Shown here piece after piece: positions 37,609 through 49,903 of a DNA stretch of 64,000 nt (positions are counted from its first letter, which is position 1; the number at the start of each line of letters is the position of its first letter). The stretch covers positions 64,108,001 to 64,172,000 of the forward strand of contig NC_043010.1 of NCBI RefSeq assembly GCF_006345805.1, written 5' to 3'. The notes below the pieces were generated by a model that was given only the letters and a program-made list of their open reading frames with translations, searched no databases and was not told the origin of the DNA. Source of the stretch: Octopus sinensis. Lineage: Eukaryota. Position numbers and translations under genes: made by a program.

Positions 37609-38519
37609 AATAATGGAGAATTATACATTTTTTAGTAAGCTTACGCACGTTTCGGATAGATTGGGAAATTCCAAAATTCGGCGATGCAGTAATCATGCAT
37701 ACTAATCGATACGATACCATATTGGATCGACTAATATTCTGCAGTGGTTGAGAAATTTAACACCGTCTTATCCTTATCAAAGCTAATATTCTGTGTATGT
37801 TGATCAAATTATGGAATCTATTTATATGCATCACTATTGGATTGAAGAAACCGACAGTAACATTCTGAGCATTTACACGCCATAACCTGTAATGCAATGC
37901 TTGATGACATATATACATGCATACAAACAAACATACATACATACATACTTACATACACACGCGCGCGGGCACACACACATACACACAAATGCACTGTTGT
38001 GGGATTGATTACGAATATCTACTAATTTCCGTTTATCCAAAAAGCCACCCACATAGATTGCATATCCGATTTTCGAAATTCAGGTTGTTCCGAGGCTATT
38101 GTCGTGGGATTAAAACCGAAACCTCGAAATTGCGAAGGGAATTGCTCAATCACTAGGTCATACCTACGTCCACGACATACATATTAAGAGGAAACTCATT
38201 TAAGATATCTATGTATTATTTATTACTTATTACCATCCAGTGGTCTACTGCACATTGCACCATTTTGGATGTTTTTAGAAAATCATTTTCTTGCACCTCG
38301 CTCATACCTTCTCCAGTTCTAGAGAAAAGGTCTTGATCTATGGTTTCATAATGAGACTTTCCACGAGCTAACGTAATCAATTCCAAGAAACAAAGATAGG
38401 GAGGGGGGGATCGATTTCGGTAGCTGATCGATACTTTATTGAATGGCCCTCGAAGGCTGAAGAGCAAAGCTGACTTCCATGGAATTTGAACTTAGAGTGC
38501 AGAAAGCCGGAACAATTAT

Positions 38520-38735
38520 TAGTTTCAAATTTTGGCACAACGGCACCAAGTTAGGGTGAGTGGGGGTTAATCGATTACATTAACCCCCCCGTGTTCAACT
38601 GATACTTTTTTTATTGAGTCCGAAAGGATGAGACGCAAAGTCGACCTCGGTGGAATTTGAACTCAGAACGTGAAGACGGGCGAAATGCTCCTAAGCATTA
38701 GGCCAGCGTGCTAACGGTTCTGCCAGCTCGCCGTC
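38520..38735 (-). mobile_element. SINE family A
   Basis: Reverse complement ...GGAATTTGAACTCAGAACG...GGTTCTGCCAGCTCGCC. Confidence 0.85.
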
Positions 38736-38840
38736 TTAGCTGGAGCAAATATTGCAAATAAGCAAATAACTCTCTGCCAATTAGCCACCTAGGTAGGTAT
38801 TTAGATTGCTCGAAATATTTAGTTAATGTGGGCGTAGAGA

Positions 38841-38882
<42 letters not shown>

Positions 38883-39199
38883 AGAAATGTAGGAGAGAAA
38901 AGAAAAGAGATAGTCGTGAGAGAGAAGAGTAAAGCTGAGGGAAGTATATATGAGTGGTGAATGAGAAAAGTAAAAGAGAAAAAATGGTAATGGTGATAGG
39001 AGAGGAGGAACAAACAAAGTGAAATGGGATAAGGGTAAATAAGTATGGAAGAGATAAGGGTAGGAAGGAACTGTCAGTAGTAGTGAAATGAAAGAAGGAA
39101 AGAGAAAGAGAGTAATAGAAGAGAAGTAGAAGAGAGAGAGAGAGAGAGGTGGGTATTACTCGAATGAACAGAATCTTGTCTCTTACAATACGTAAACAT

Positions 39200-39500
39200 T
39201 TCTTATGGCCCCAGCAGACAAAATGGGAAAGGCGTTGCCCTGGAGGATGGCGTGAGAAATGAGCTGGAACAGCCACACACTGACTTACGGGACTCCCGCT
39301 TGCGGACAGCACTCTCTGTCACGATAGCGGTGAGCAGGGATATTGTCCGGGGGGGCCAAGAACACTTAGGGTCTCAACTGCCACAGGTTCAACCATAAAC
39401 CTGTCGGAGAGCGACCGATACCAGCAGCAGTGCTTGGGCTTGTAGCTGACAACACCAAATTGCCGCTGGAGAAGGTGTCACGAGTGAAAGAAAAAGAAGC
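39200..39500 (-). mobile_element. CRE/R2-group non-LTR relic, restriction-like endonuclease domain
   Basis: YRSLSDRFMVEPVAVETLSVLGP...VWLFQLISHAILQGNA matches the REL pattern KY--L---Y-F-PVAVET-G--G...WL-QR-S-AI-RGNA. Confidence 0.7.
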
Positions 39501-39540
39501 GGTAGGAGGGAGACCGGGAGGAAGAAGAGAAAATATCGGT

Positions 39541-39742
39541 TTGGCACAAGGCCAGCAATTTCAGGGGAGAGGGTTAAGTCGATTACATCGACCGCAGCGT
39601 TCAACTGGTACTTATTTTATCGACCCCGAAAGGATGAAAGGCAAAGCCGATCTCGGCGAAAGTTGAACTCAGAACGTAAAGACGGACCAAATGCCGCTAA
39701 GTATTTTGTCCGGCGTGCTAACGATTCTGCCAGCTCGCCGCC
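39541..39742 (-). mobile_element. SINE family A
   Basis: Reverse complement of the head and core, with a second tail type. Confidence 0.9.
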
Positions 39743-40379
39743 TTAAGAACAGGAAATATTGAGAGAGAAAAGAACAAACTAGATGGGTCGAGTTAACGTA
39801 AGCGTATACAACAACAACAACCATAACAATTATTGCCAGTGTTCGCCATGACCATTCCCATGAGCCAAACAAAGGAACATGTACGTGAAATTGCAAGAAA
39901 TTGCCCCCAAAACTCTCTCAAAGCGACACCTGCTGGCGTCGACATGCATTGGCTCTCAACAATTTGCTTCACTTTTGTGTTGTAATATACACAAATGTAA
40001 TTTAGCCAAGAGTAGATGATTACGATTTGACTGCCTCGAAATGCTTCTCTGATCTGTCAGAAAATCTACCACACACAGACACAGAATTTTTAGCCCTGAT
40101 AAACGAAGGGTACAAGTCATTCAACTATGATATTTAAATAAATCAGGTATTATGGAAAGCATTCTACTTAGCTGGTGAGATTGAATGATCAATATGCATG
40201 CATGCATCCATCCATACATACATATACATACGTATATATACATATATATATATACATGTGCGCGTGCGCGAGAGAGAGAGGGAGAGAGAGAGGGGGAAAG
40301 AGAGAGAGAGAGAGCGAAAGAAGACCTCAATCAGCTTTTTTTTCACTGGCCCACTTGTACGATTAGGAAAAAAGAATAG

Positions 40380-41500
40380 TTCAATTCATCTATAATAACT
40401 AAAATATTGCCAATGTTTGGAACATGAGCCCAATCCACGCGGACACGTTGCCGAATCTCAAAATAAGCCTTTGGTAGATTAGGTTTAAAACTCTAGCAAC
40501 CACTACAAGCTTCAAAAGACTTCTTAAGGGAGTAAGCTCAGCCAGGTTACAGAACAAAAGAGACGTGCTTTCTCAACCGTTTGTTCAATATCCATAAGCG
40601 TATCATGTATTCTTGTTCTGCTCTGTAAGGTGCTTGGATGAATGGACGATGCTTGTAACATATCATACCATTCTCACAAGTTAAAACTTCTCTTTTGAGA
40701 TAGCTCCGAATTTGAAGCTGATTTCCAATTTTGTCGTAGAAGTCTTTCCTTTAATTTTTTGTACTAAGCATTAGTATCTAATTGTCTGCGAACGTTTTCC
40801 ATCATCCACAGATCAACGTCCTTCCACGCACTGTCGTATTTATCCAAATGTGTAGCAAAGAAAATTATGTCACCGTCATTATTACTATCGTATGTCAAAT
40901 GTGAGATGGCATTAGCATACTGAATATTCTTACCGGTACACACATAATGATAAAGTTTTATTGTGAAAGGATCAAGCTCCAGCTGGCTATTAGTAAAACT
41001 CGCCGAGAGACATCTAAATCCTTCATTTCCAACCTTTGCCACTCATCTTTAACTTCGTTATCCAAATGAATAGGAACATGTCTAATCACACTACAACAAG
41101 GTCTACGGTTGTTAATATGATCTACAGCGCCTTTAATATCTGGCTAAATATTCGTATCTAAATTAAAACAAAGTTATCCTTAGTAATATCTTCTCCAATC
41201 ATCCTGAAACTATAAGGGCTAACTACTACAATAAAATTACGATCTCCCGTGGAGTCATTGAGTTTAAATTTAATCAGGATTGATCCAAACATCTTTAGAT
41301 CTGAGTCATCAAAAGCAGTCGAGGATTTGTGACATGATTTGATAGGGATATTCCATTGTGAACCGAATGAGCATGCAAATATTGAACGAGCTACCTCTGT
41401 ATCTACCTTCATGTCAACGTTTCTTTCATTTCTAAAGCATTTGCAAAACCCAAGTTGCCTGTTCACTCATCGTTTTGTTAACGTTTGGCATTTGATTAAA
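40380..41500 (-). mobile_element. Gypsy-like LTR retrotransposon pol relic with internal deletion
   Basis: In order on the minus strand: protease VDMKVDTEVARSI, RT start RHVPIHLDNEVKDEWQRLE, RNase H end TGKNIQYANAISHL, then integrase-proximal LTCENGMICYKHRPFI, IEQTVEKARL and RVRVDWAH...ILVIIDE. Most of the RT is missing. Confidence 0.8.
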
Positions 41501-41839
41501 AGTATCGATAGAACCAGTTCTACTTGGAAGCTTATTTATATTATCTACATTTAGGTCGCCAATATCTTACAAAATGCTCCAATTTTCTCCAGTTTTTTTT
41601 TTACACTTTTGATTCAATCTTTTTTTTAATAACAAAGTATTTTTACAGAAAGAAAGGAAAGAAAAAAAAACATTGAAAGTATAAAAGATCAAATCATCAA
41701 GAAAAAACAACCCATAACTACCTCACCAAGGAAATACAGAAAAAGAAAAAAATAGGAGGGGGAATTAAATAGCAGAAGATGGGCGAGGGAGTGGGTAGCG
41801 AGTTGTACACCCCAGAACAAATGGCGTGTTTAGCTGCAC

Positions 41840-42150
41840 CTTGCGGTCATAATTGTGATGGCGCTGACGCGGAGAATGGTTATCGACACTCGCTGCAGCA
41901 ACCACTCCACATCGCGGGGCTCATTTCTCAGACGGGCTGCAGTTATCTAGATTTTGCGGAGGAAATCGGCAGTGCGGGGCCCGAGAACACTTGAAATCTC
42001 GACGGCAACCGGCAGAAACTGATAGCGGCCGGTTAGGATCCTGTATTTGTCTATTTTTCTCTCTTTTGCGTTACGGACGGCGATATTCGGGTTTGCGGCC
42101 GATGCAGCAAGGCTGGAGTCGAAGAACGAGTCGCAGCACGCCGACACTCA
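41840..42150 (-). mobile_element. CRE/R2-group non-LTR relic, restriction-like endonuclease domain
   Basis: CCDSFFDSSLAASAANPNIAVRNAKERKIDKYRILTGRYQFLPVAVEISSVLGP...EPRDVEWLLQRVS. Confidence 0.8.
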
Positions 42151-43057
42151 ACACCTATTGTGCGTAACCCAACAATTCCGACATTTCACTACACTAACGC
42201 TATTATGACCACTGCTGCAAGGAGTCTTTTTGTGAACATTAAAGTTTGTTACTGATGTAAGCTGCATGCGAATAGCGCTTCTGATTCTATAGTGGACGCG
42301 AGAGAAGCTTATTTTAGCATATTTCATTTTAGGATGACATCGTAATTGATGCAGAATTCTAAGTTTTACTGCTGCTGACGATAAGCCAGCAATAAAAATG
42401 AGTTTCGTAGTTTCCTCTTCTGGATTTTCTATTCAAATGACGGAAGGAGTCTTGAGAATTAATCCTAAGTAGAACGTTATTGATTGACTCACCCTTGAGT
42501 TGTTTTAATTCCAGTAATTTGAGCCTGTCTGCAAATTAACAGCCTCTCCTTCGGTTTGATTAGTTGTTGCAATATATTCATTAGACTTATCGAGAAAAGA
42601 ACATCTTTCAGCTTTATTACAGCGTTGAAAGAAATGTTAGCTTCTTTTTGGCATCTTCAACACGAAATTTTTGCATCACACTATTACCCAATGATGGGAT
42701 TCTTCCAGGTTGTTAAGGTTCAAATGTTTTCCAGTGTCCATGCTGAATATTGTGCAAGACTAGCAGAGAAAACTTTAAAGAGACTTATTAAGGTAATTTA
42801 CATAGGTTTCACAAAGAGAATTTACTTCGTATGGTTCATAAGCAGCTCTGTGCTGGTATACAGATATCACTTTCCTTCATGGCCGCCGCTCGCCCTCCCC
42901 GGTGTCTCGAGATCCTTGCATATATCTACGAGACTTGCCTGAGAGTTTGATATTCCTTAGATAACATAATTTAATAAAACTATCTCGTTTATGCCATTGG
43001 GGGAGGTGTCCGCGACCATTCGAACAAAGTCGATCTTCGGGGTGGGCAGATAGAGAG

Positions 43058-43110
<53 letters not shown>

Positions 43111-43407
43111 TTCTTCACCTTTAGTCTTGAGAATTTGAATACAGTGGAGGATGAACAGGAAATGGCAGAGAGTTTTTACGCACGCGCAGTCGAAGAGTGG
43201 TCGGAGTGAGGAAAGTGTTGGGAAGGAGAATTTAGAAGCGGGTTAAATGGGATGGAGAGAAAATAAGAGCGATAAGGGAAGAGGAAAGACAGAACGGAAT
43301 GGAATGGTCAGTCTCAGGAAGGGAGAAAATATTTATGCCGGTTAGGTCAATGACTGCAAGCAGAAATTTAACAGTCGTATTCACTCACATAGTCATACAC
43401 ATACACA

Positions 43408-43754
43408 TCTCTCTATATATAAACGGCAGTTTGTCTGTTTGGTTGTACCCTCACCCTGACCACGGCTTTCAACCGATTCTGATGAAACTTGACACACACA
43501 TAGCCCAATGTCATAATTCAAAACTAACGCAGCGAAAATTTTGAAAAGTTCCCCCAGTTCTGAAAAAAAATCGATAAATTCGACATGGGGTCGAGAATCA
43601 GAAACACAAACCACAGACTGTCTAGGGGACGCAACTCGACCTTTTCTAACTCTCAAAAAAAAATTTACCATCATTTTTTTTGGCTATAACTCTCTAAAAA
43701 TGCTTTATAGCTATTTCCCTTACAAACCTGAGCAACGCCGGGCGATACTGCTAG
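43408..43754 (+). mobile_element. non-autonomous Helitron, variant body
   Basis: A|TCTCTCTATATATAAA ... CCTGAGCAACGCCGGGCGATACTGCTAG|T. Confidence 0.82.
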
Positions 43755-43991
43755 TATTACAATATGCGTGGTAGGGAGGGTCACACATACATACTCTTAA
43801 TGAAAGCACTGATACTTATTTTATTCAATTTCCTCCAGTCATTTTAAACTTTCGCCTGTAATTTTGCATGTTCACAACGAAAATTGCATTCATTTTTTCT
43901 TTGACGTAGGACTGCAGTTGCATCAAAGAGTCGAACTGTGGGAATACATGCCTTACAAACGGAGAACACTTGCGCTTACCGATCAGGATTA

Positions 43992-44476
43992 TCTTTATAT
44001 ATAAAAGTAAGGTTGTGTGTCTGTCTCCTACGATTTAGATTCCTAACTACTCCCACATTTTGCGGTGCAGTTTAACCAAAACCGGGTATCTTATAGTCGT
44101 GATTCATATCGAGCCCTTCTGGGTATTAGCGCGCGTCTACGATGAGTCTACGATTTTAAAAAAAATTTACCATCATTTTTTCCATTTTAATGCATTTTTT
44201 CGCTATTAAATAAGGGAAGTAACTCTCTAAAAATGTCTACGATGAGTCAACGATTAAAAAAAAAATTTACCATAATTTTTTCCATTTTAATGCATTTTTT
44301 CGCTATTAAATAAGGGAAGTAACTCTCTAAAAATGTCTACGATGAGTCAACGATTAAAAAAAAAATTTACCATCATTTTTTTCCATTTTTAATGCATTTT
44401 TTTGCTATAACTCTCTAAAAATGCTTATGTAGTTATTTCCCTTACAAACCTGAGCAACGCCGGGCGATACTGCTAG
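43992..44476 (+). mobile_element. non-autonomous Helitron (same family as 24485-24980)
   Basis: A|TCTTTATATATAAAAG ... CCTGAGCAACGCCGGGCGATACTGCTAG|T; internal ~108-bp tandem duplication. Confidence 0.87.
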
Positions 44477-44950
44477 TATCTATATACAACTATACATAGT
44501 GGTGTTACTTTCGAGCGTATCGGCGTATCAGCGGCTACGGCATGCCAAGACTGCAACCCAGAGGGCGCTGACTCCATTGTGCAACCTGTCTAGACTCTCC
44601 TTCAGCTTGGTCTTACAGAAACTGGAAGGCGCACGACGATAAGGCGGCAAATTATGTGTGTTTGCGTGTGTGTGTACCTCTGTCTCTTTGTGTGTGCATG
44701 TCTGAGTGTGTCTGTGTCTCTGTGTGTGTATGGGTTTTGTGACTATATACTGTGTCTGTATGTATGGATGTGCATCTCCGTATGTGTGGATGTGCACTTG
44801 CGTGAAGTGAAGTGCGTGTATGTGAATGGCCAAGAGCTTCAGCCTTAATTTGCGTAATGTAATGTGTGCTTGTCTGTTCATATTACCTTTACATGTCTAT
44901 CTGTTTACAATCATATCCATTTGCCTACATACATTTGCATACACACACAC

Positions 44951-45295
44951 GGAGGCGCAATGGCCCAGTGGTTAGGGCAGCGGATTCGCGGTTTCGATTC
45001 CCAGACCGGGCGTTGTGAGTGTTTATTGAGCGAAAACACCTAAAGCTCCACGAGGCTCCGGCAGGGGATGGTGGTGATCCCTGCTGTACTCTTTCACCAC
45101 AACTTTCCCTCACTCTTACTTCCTGTGTTTGTTGTACCTGTATTTCAAAGGGCTGGCCTTGTCACTCTCTGTGTCACGCTGAAGGGTACACGTGTCTGTG
45201 GAGTGCTCAGCCACTTACACGTTAATTTCACGAGCAGGCTGTTCCGTTGATTCGGATCAACCGGAACCCTCGTCGTCGTAACCGACGGAGTGCTT
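44951..45295 (+). mobile_element. SINE family C
   Basis: Homologous to 12584-12960. Confidence 0.88.
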
Positions 45296-45487
45296 CCATC
45301 CACACACACACACACACATCTACATAACAGCCTACTAACTATTCTACTTGTAGAAACAACATCGGTAAGTTGAACTATGAACTTGTTGTGCTCCTTTTCG
45401 CTTCTCTCTCCTCATCTCCTTATTCCTTTACTCCCTTCCTCTATGTCGTCATCTCATTAATATATAACATTCTCATTTTCCCTATTT

Positions 45488-45542
45488 GTCTCTGATGACG
45501 GAATATCCATACTCGGGGATATCCCAGAAACAGCTGTAAGAC
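45488..45542 (+). ncRNA. type-I hammerhead ribozyme candidate with palindromic stem III
   Basis: GTCT CTGATGA C GGAATATCC-ATACTCGG-GGATATCCC A GAAAC AGCT GTA^AGAC. Stem I GTCT/AGAC, stem III is the palindrome ACAGCTGT, GUA site after 45538; the stem II closing pair is C/A. Confidence 0.68.
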
Positions 45543-45630
45543 TGAATTTTTCCAATAACAATATTGTATACGACTTGAGATGTTTGCCTTGCCTTAATGC
45601 TTGTTGTCCACTTTAACAATTATATATATA

Positions 45631-45890
45631 TGGCCTAGTGGTTAGGGCAGCGGACTCGCGGTTTCGATTCTCAGACCGGGCGTTCTGAGTGTTTATTGAG
45701 CGAAAACACCTAAAAGCTCCACGAGGCCCCGGCAGGGGATGGTGGTGATCCCTGCTGTACTCTTTCACCACTCTTTCTTCTGTTGGCTTGTTCGCTTAGC
45801 CAGCGGGGTGGCGTCATTCGAAGGCTAAAACAATGCGAACGCATTGTGACCAGCGATGTGTAACAACATCTGATGGTCTGGTCGGTCACA

Positions 45891-45892
<2 letters not shown>
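45631..45892 (+). mobile_element. SINE family C head and body with a different 3' tail
   Basis: Matches family C up to TACTCTTTCACCAC, then continues TCTTTCTTCTGTTGGC...GGTCTGGTCGGTCACATGAT. Confidence 0.8.
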
Positions 45893-45959
<67 letters not shown>

Positions 45960-47059
45960 CCATATTTATAAGTAGCTTACTCGTGTATAAGTCGCACGTC
46001 AGTTTTTCAGTTAAAACAAGTATAAAATTGTGCATTTCATACGCGAACAAATGGATAGATACGTGATGGCTGTTCAGAGGTGACCGAAGAAACCCATCAC
46101 TGACTGTTGTCCATGTAAAATACCAGCAGTACCTGTACAAAATTTAAGGTCCAATAAGGCTTGCACGATCCAGAAACAAGCCAAAACAAGATAAATAGTT
46201 CCAATATGATTCGGAGGCTCAGGAATATGGGAGCACCATGACCTCAAGTGTAAACAAAATTACCCCAAAAGTCCAATACCATTCCTTGCATATCCAGTTT
46301 GATATCAAAATGGTTTTCTTCTAGAGAAGTGCTTCTCTCCCAGTCGTCTACCATCTCACCGAACACCAACCTAGAATTACTAAGAGCCCGTACTATTACT
46401 AAATAATCGGTGAAACTGCATTGGGTTCATCCGTTCTTTTGACAGGTGTTGTTCTAGTCCTGGTGGGTTTCTAGCAACCCTAATCACTAGGCTTGCCTGG
46501 TGGGATCCAGGTTTAGTTGCACTAACCTGACCTTGCGACAGATTGTACTGAGTAAATGTTTGATTAAAAAATTTCGCTCGGCAGTCATGTGAATCCCTGT
46601 TCGATTTCACAGTGCGGTACCTTAGAAAAAGATTTCTCGATTGTTGTCTTGGGCAGACCAATGTAGGTCTCAGTGAAATTTTTGGTAGGAGATGCTCGTC
46701 GTGTGTGTGTGTGTGTGCATGTGTGCATGTTTCTGTATTTGAGCTAATTTGAGGTAGGTGATCTGAAATTCTTTGCATAACCATTGTAACTTTGTGTAGC
46801 TTTTTTCTATTGTCGGAGAAATGCAAAACTACAAGGGAAGTAACTCCTTAGTAAAAGTTCGCATTTGCTTTATATTTTAGAAAGTCATCTATTGTAGGGG
46901 AGACAATCCCTTCCAGATTAAGTTAAGATGGGCCTAGGAGTCTAAATATTCAACTCAAAGCAAACTTCATATTTCTTTCTGCTCACACATTTTAAAGATT
47001 CTTAAAATTTTCAGCTGTTTATAGCTATGTATAGCGCAGTTTCATCCGCAATTGGAATT

Positions 47060-47420
47060 GTTAGTTTATCTAACAGAGAAAATAGTTGGCGAAATTCTGC
47101 TTTATGTACTCCATATAACCCCTTCATAATTTTTTCATTTCTTTTGATTTTTAGAAAATCTTTGCGAATTTGTATTCTGCCCACGGAAATTTATACGATC
47201 ATGCAAAAACTAATATATAGAAAAAGTATTTTACTGCATGATTTAAGATTAAAAAAGGAAAATTGCTTTTCATAGCCTTGTGAATTACCGTGTGTAAATT
47301 GCAAGCTCGTAAAAATTTTCTGAAAATTCTAGAAAGTAAGAAAAAAAGTTATGAAGGGGTTTTATGCCGTGCTTAATGCAGAATTCCGCCAAATAGTTTA
47401 CTGTTATCATTTAGTTAACA
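47060..47420. mobile_element. degenerate MITE or foldback element with long imperfect inverted arms
   Basis: TTGGCGAAATTCTGC...AACCCCTTCATAA...TAGAAAATC (about 47087-47172) pairs with ...TTATGAAGGGGTT...GCAGAATTCCGCCAA (about 47302-47392). Confidence 0.65.
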
Positions 47421-47512
47421 CTTCTATAAATGTTTAATTTTTCAAACGTCATCTGTGATGAAAGATATAATAATAATAATAATAATAATGAAATTATTGT
47501 ATACAGTGTATA

Positions 47513-47901
47513 GGCGCAGGAGTGGCTGTGTGGTAAGTAGCTTGCTAACCAACCTCATGGTTCCGGGTTCAGTCCCACTGCGTGGCATCTTGGGCAAGTG
47601 TCTTCTGCTATAGCCCCGGGCCGACCAATGCCTTGTGAGTGGATTTGGTAGACGGAAACTGAAAGAAGCCTGTCGTATATATGTATATATATATATGTGT
47701 ATGTGTGTCTGTGTTTGTTCCCCTAGCATTGCTTGACAACCGATGCTGGTGTGTTTACGTCCCCGTCACTTAGCGGTTCGGCAAAAAGAGACCGATAGAA
47801 TAAGTACTGGGCTTACAAAGAATAAGTCCCGGGGTCGAGTTGCTCGACTAAAGGCGGTGCTCCAGCATGGCCGCAGTCAAATGACTGAAACAAGTAAAAG
47901 A
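47513..47901 (+). mobile_element. tRNA-headed SINE family B, full length
   Basis: GGCGCAGGAGTGGCTGTGTGGTAAG...GGGTTCAGTCCC head, TTGGGCAAGTG core, internal (TA/TG)n and ...GACTGAAACAAGTAAAAGAG tail. Near-identical to 59610-60012. Confidence 0.92.
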
Positions 47902-48039
47902 GAGAAAAGAAAAGAAAGGGTGCTCAGGTGCACCACAACTTGTCAAAAGTGCGTATAAAGCATATGCAGTAATGTACAAATGTCTGGGAAGTGAACAGTG
48001 TATGAGTCAGATACATGCTTGCATGTGTATGGAGGGGAG

Positions 48040-48440
48040 AAAATCAGGTGTAGTGTTGGCGAATCTCAGGAAGCATGGAAGTTTTGAAGGATGCAGTGCT
48101 CCGACAATTAACAACTGATGCCGGCAGTTTGTTTCATACTTCAGCAACTCTTAGTGTGAAAAAATGTTTCCTGAAGTCATGGGAGCTGTGCTGTTTTCTG
48201 ACTTTGTAAATATGTCCACGGGTGTTAGATGGGTGGAGTTTGAAAAGGTGCTCAGAGTTATTGTTTGTAAGATGGTTAATAATTTTATGGGTGTCTGCCA
48301 AGTCAGATGCCAGACGTCGGAGTTTCAATATCCATCCCCAGGGAAGTAAGGCGTTCAGAATATGGCATATGCCTGATGGAGGGCATTCTCCTGGTTGCAC
48401 GTCGCTGGTGACTCTTCTACATCTTTGTATACTCAGTCAT
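48040..48440 (-). mobile_element. CR1 LINE 3' fragment
   Basis: LKLRRLASDLADTHKII...NTRGHIYKVRKQHSSHDFRKHFFTLRVAEV*NKLP. Confidence 0.85.
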
Positions 48441-48904
48441 ATACAAGATTCAACTGTGAAGTTGATGCAAGTTGGATTTGAGTTGATTTAATTCTTGTTA
48501 ATTTTGTCTGCAAACAGCATAATAATTGTATATTTAATGAATTTATCATTAATTTGAAGAGCTGAGTTCAAGTCCTTTAACATATTTGAAGAAGGTCTCT
48601 GCTCTTGATCACGTTATAATTCTGAAATTGTTTTTTCCATTGAAGCTAAATTGTTTTTTCCATTGAAATAATTGTTAAAATATAAAAATGCACACGAGCT
48701 TTCTTATACAATGAGTTCAAGGCATAAGAGCTACAGTACAGCAGACACTGCAAGTAACACGTAACCATTGGTTCTGAAAGAAAACCGTGAAATGCTAATT
48801 CTATAACACTTTTGGAATGTTGTTAATATTGCTTCTCTCCTTTGCTCCCTCTCTCTCTCTCTCTCTCTCACACATACACACACACACTCACACACACGCA
48901 CGCA

Positions 48905-48952
<48 letters not shown>

Positions 48953-49839
48953 GGATTAGAATTTCGTACTTCATCGAAGTTATTGAATTTCTCTTCTGAA
49001 AATGTCTGGAAACTTCCATCATGCACTTTGTAAGTGCAAACCTCGTCAAGAATTTTCGAAGAAATCCAGAAGTTAGCAATTTAGGTAAGTATCACTTTCC
49101 CAGCATGTCGATATTTATCCGGGAGAGAGATCGCCGACTTGGGTTAATAAAGCTGGTCACTAGTGTCGTCGCATGTGCTGCTGTCAGAACACAAGGAACC
49201 GCAACAGAGACCACCAAACATCTCGCCCCCGACGCTATAACACTTCTGCCAATCCACAACCATGAATTATTATTTTTATGGTTACAGAAGAGATGAAAAG
49301 CAAAGACGATCTTGGCAAGATTTGAACAGAAAGAGAGCAGAGAGTGGGTACAAATACAGCCATCTAACAACTCTGCCAAATTCACTGTGTTGGGTAATAA
49401 ACTGAACGTAAAACAAAACGACCACATAGAAGTTTGCTACATGCCGTCTCGGGTCACAGAACGCCAACAATATTTCCGTTGTGAACATTCTTCGTTGATA
49501 TTCCGTAAGACGAACGCGTCTCCGATATGAAACTTCAGGTAATGGAAATATGTTACTTGCCCTTCAGTTCCCATTTGAAGTGTGTTAACTATCGTTGCTA
49601 TGCCATCCTTTATTGTTGGATGTGTTCTGTTTTCATTAACGTGGCAATCAAGCTTCGCAGCAGGTAAGTTAATAAATCATAAATTCTTATTCACTAATTG
49701 AATCATTTAAAATGTATGTATGTTTGTATGCATATATGTTTGTGTGTATGTGTATGCATGCATGTATGTAGCTATGTATGTATGTATCAATGTATGTATG
49801 TATGTATGTATGTATGTATCTATCTACCTACCTACCTAC

Positions 49840-49903
<64 letters not shown>

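Noticed and set aside
46160-46330. Kinase-like WTFGVILFTL peptide on the minus strand
   Set aside because: It is flanked by in-frame stops with no other kinase motifs or splice sites; probably a chance match.
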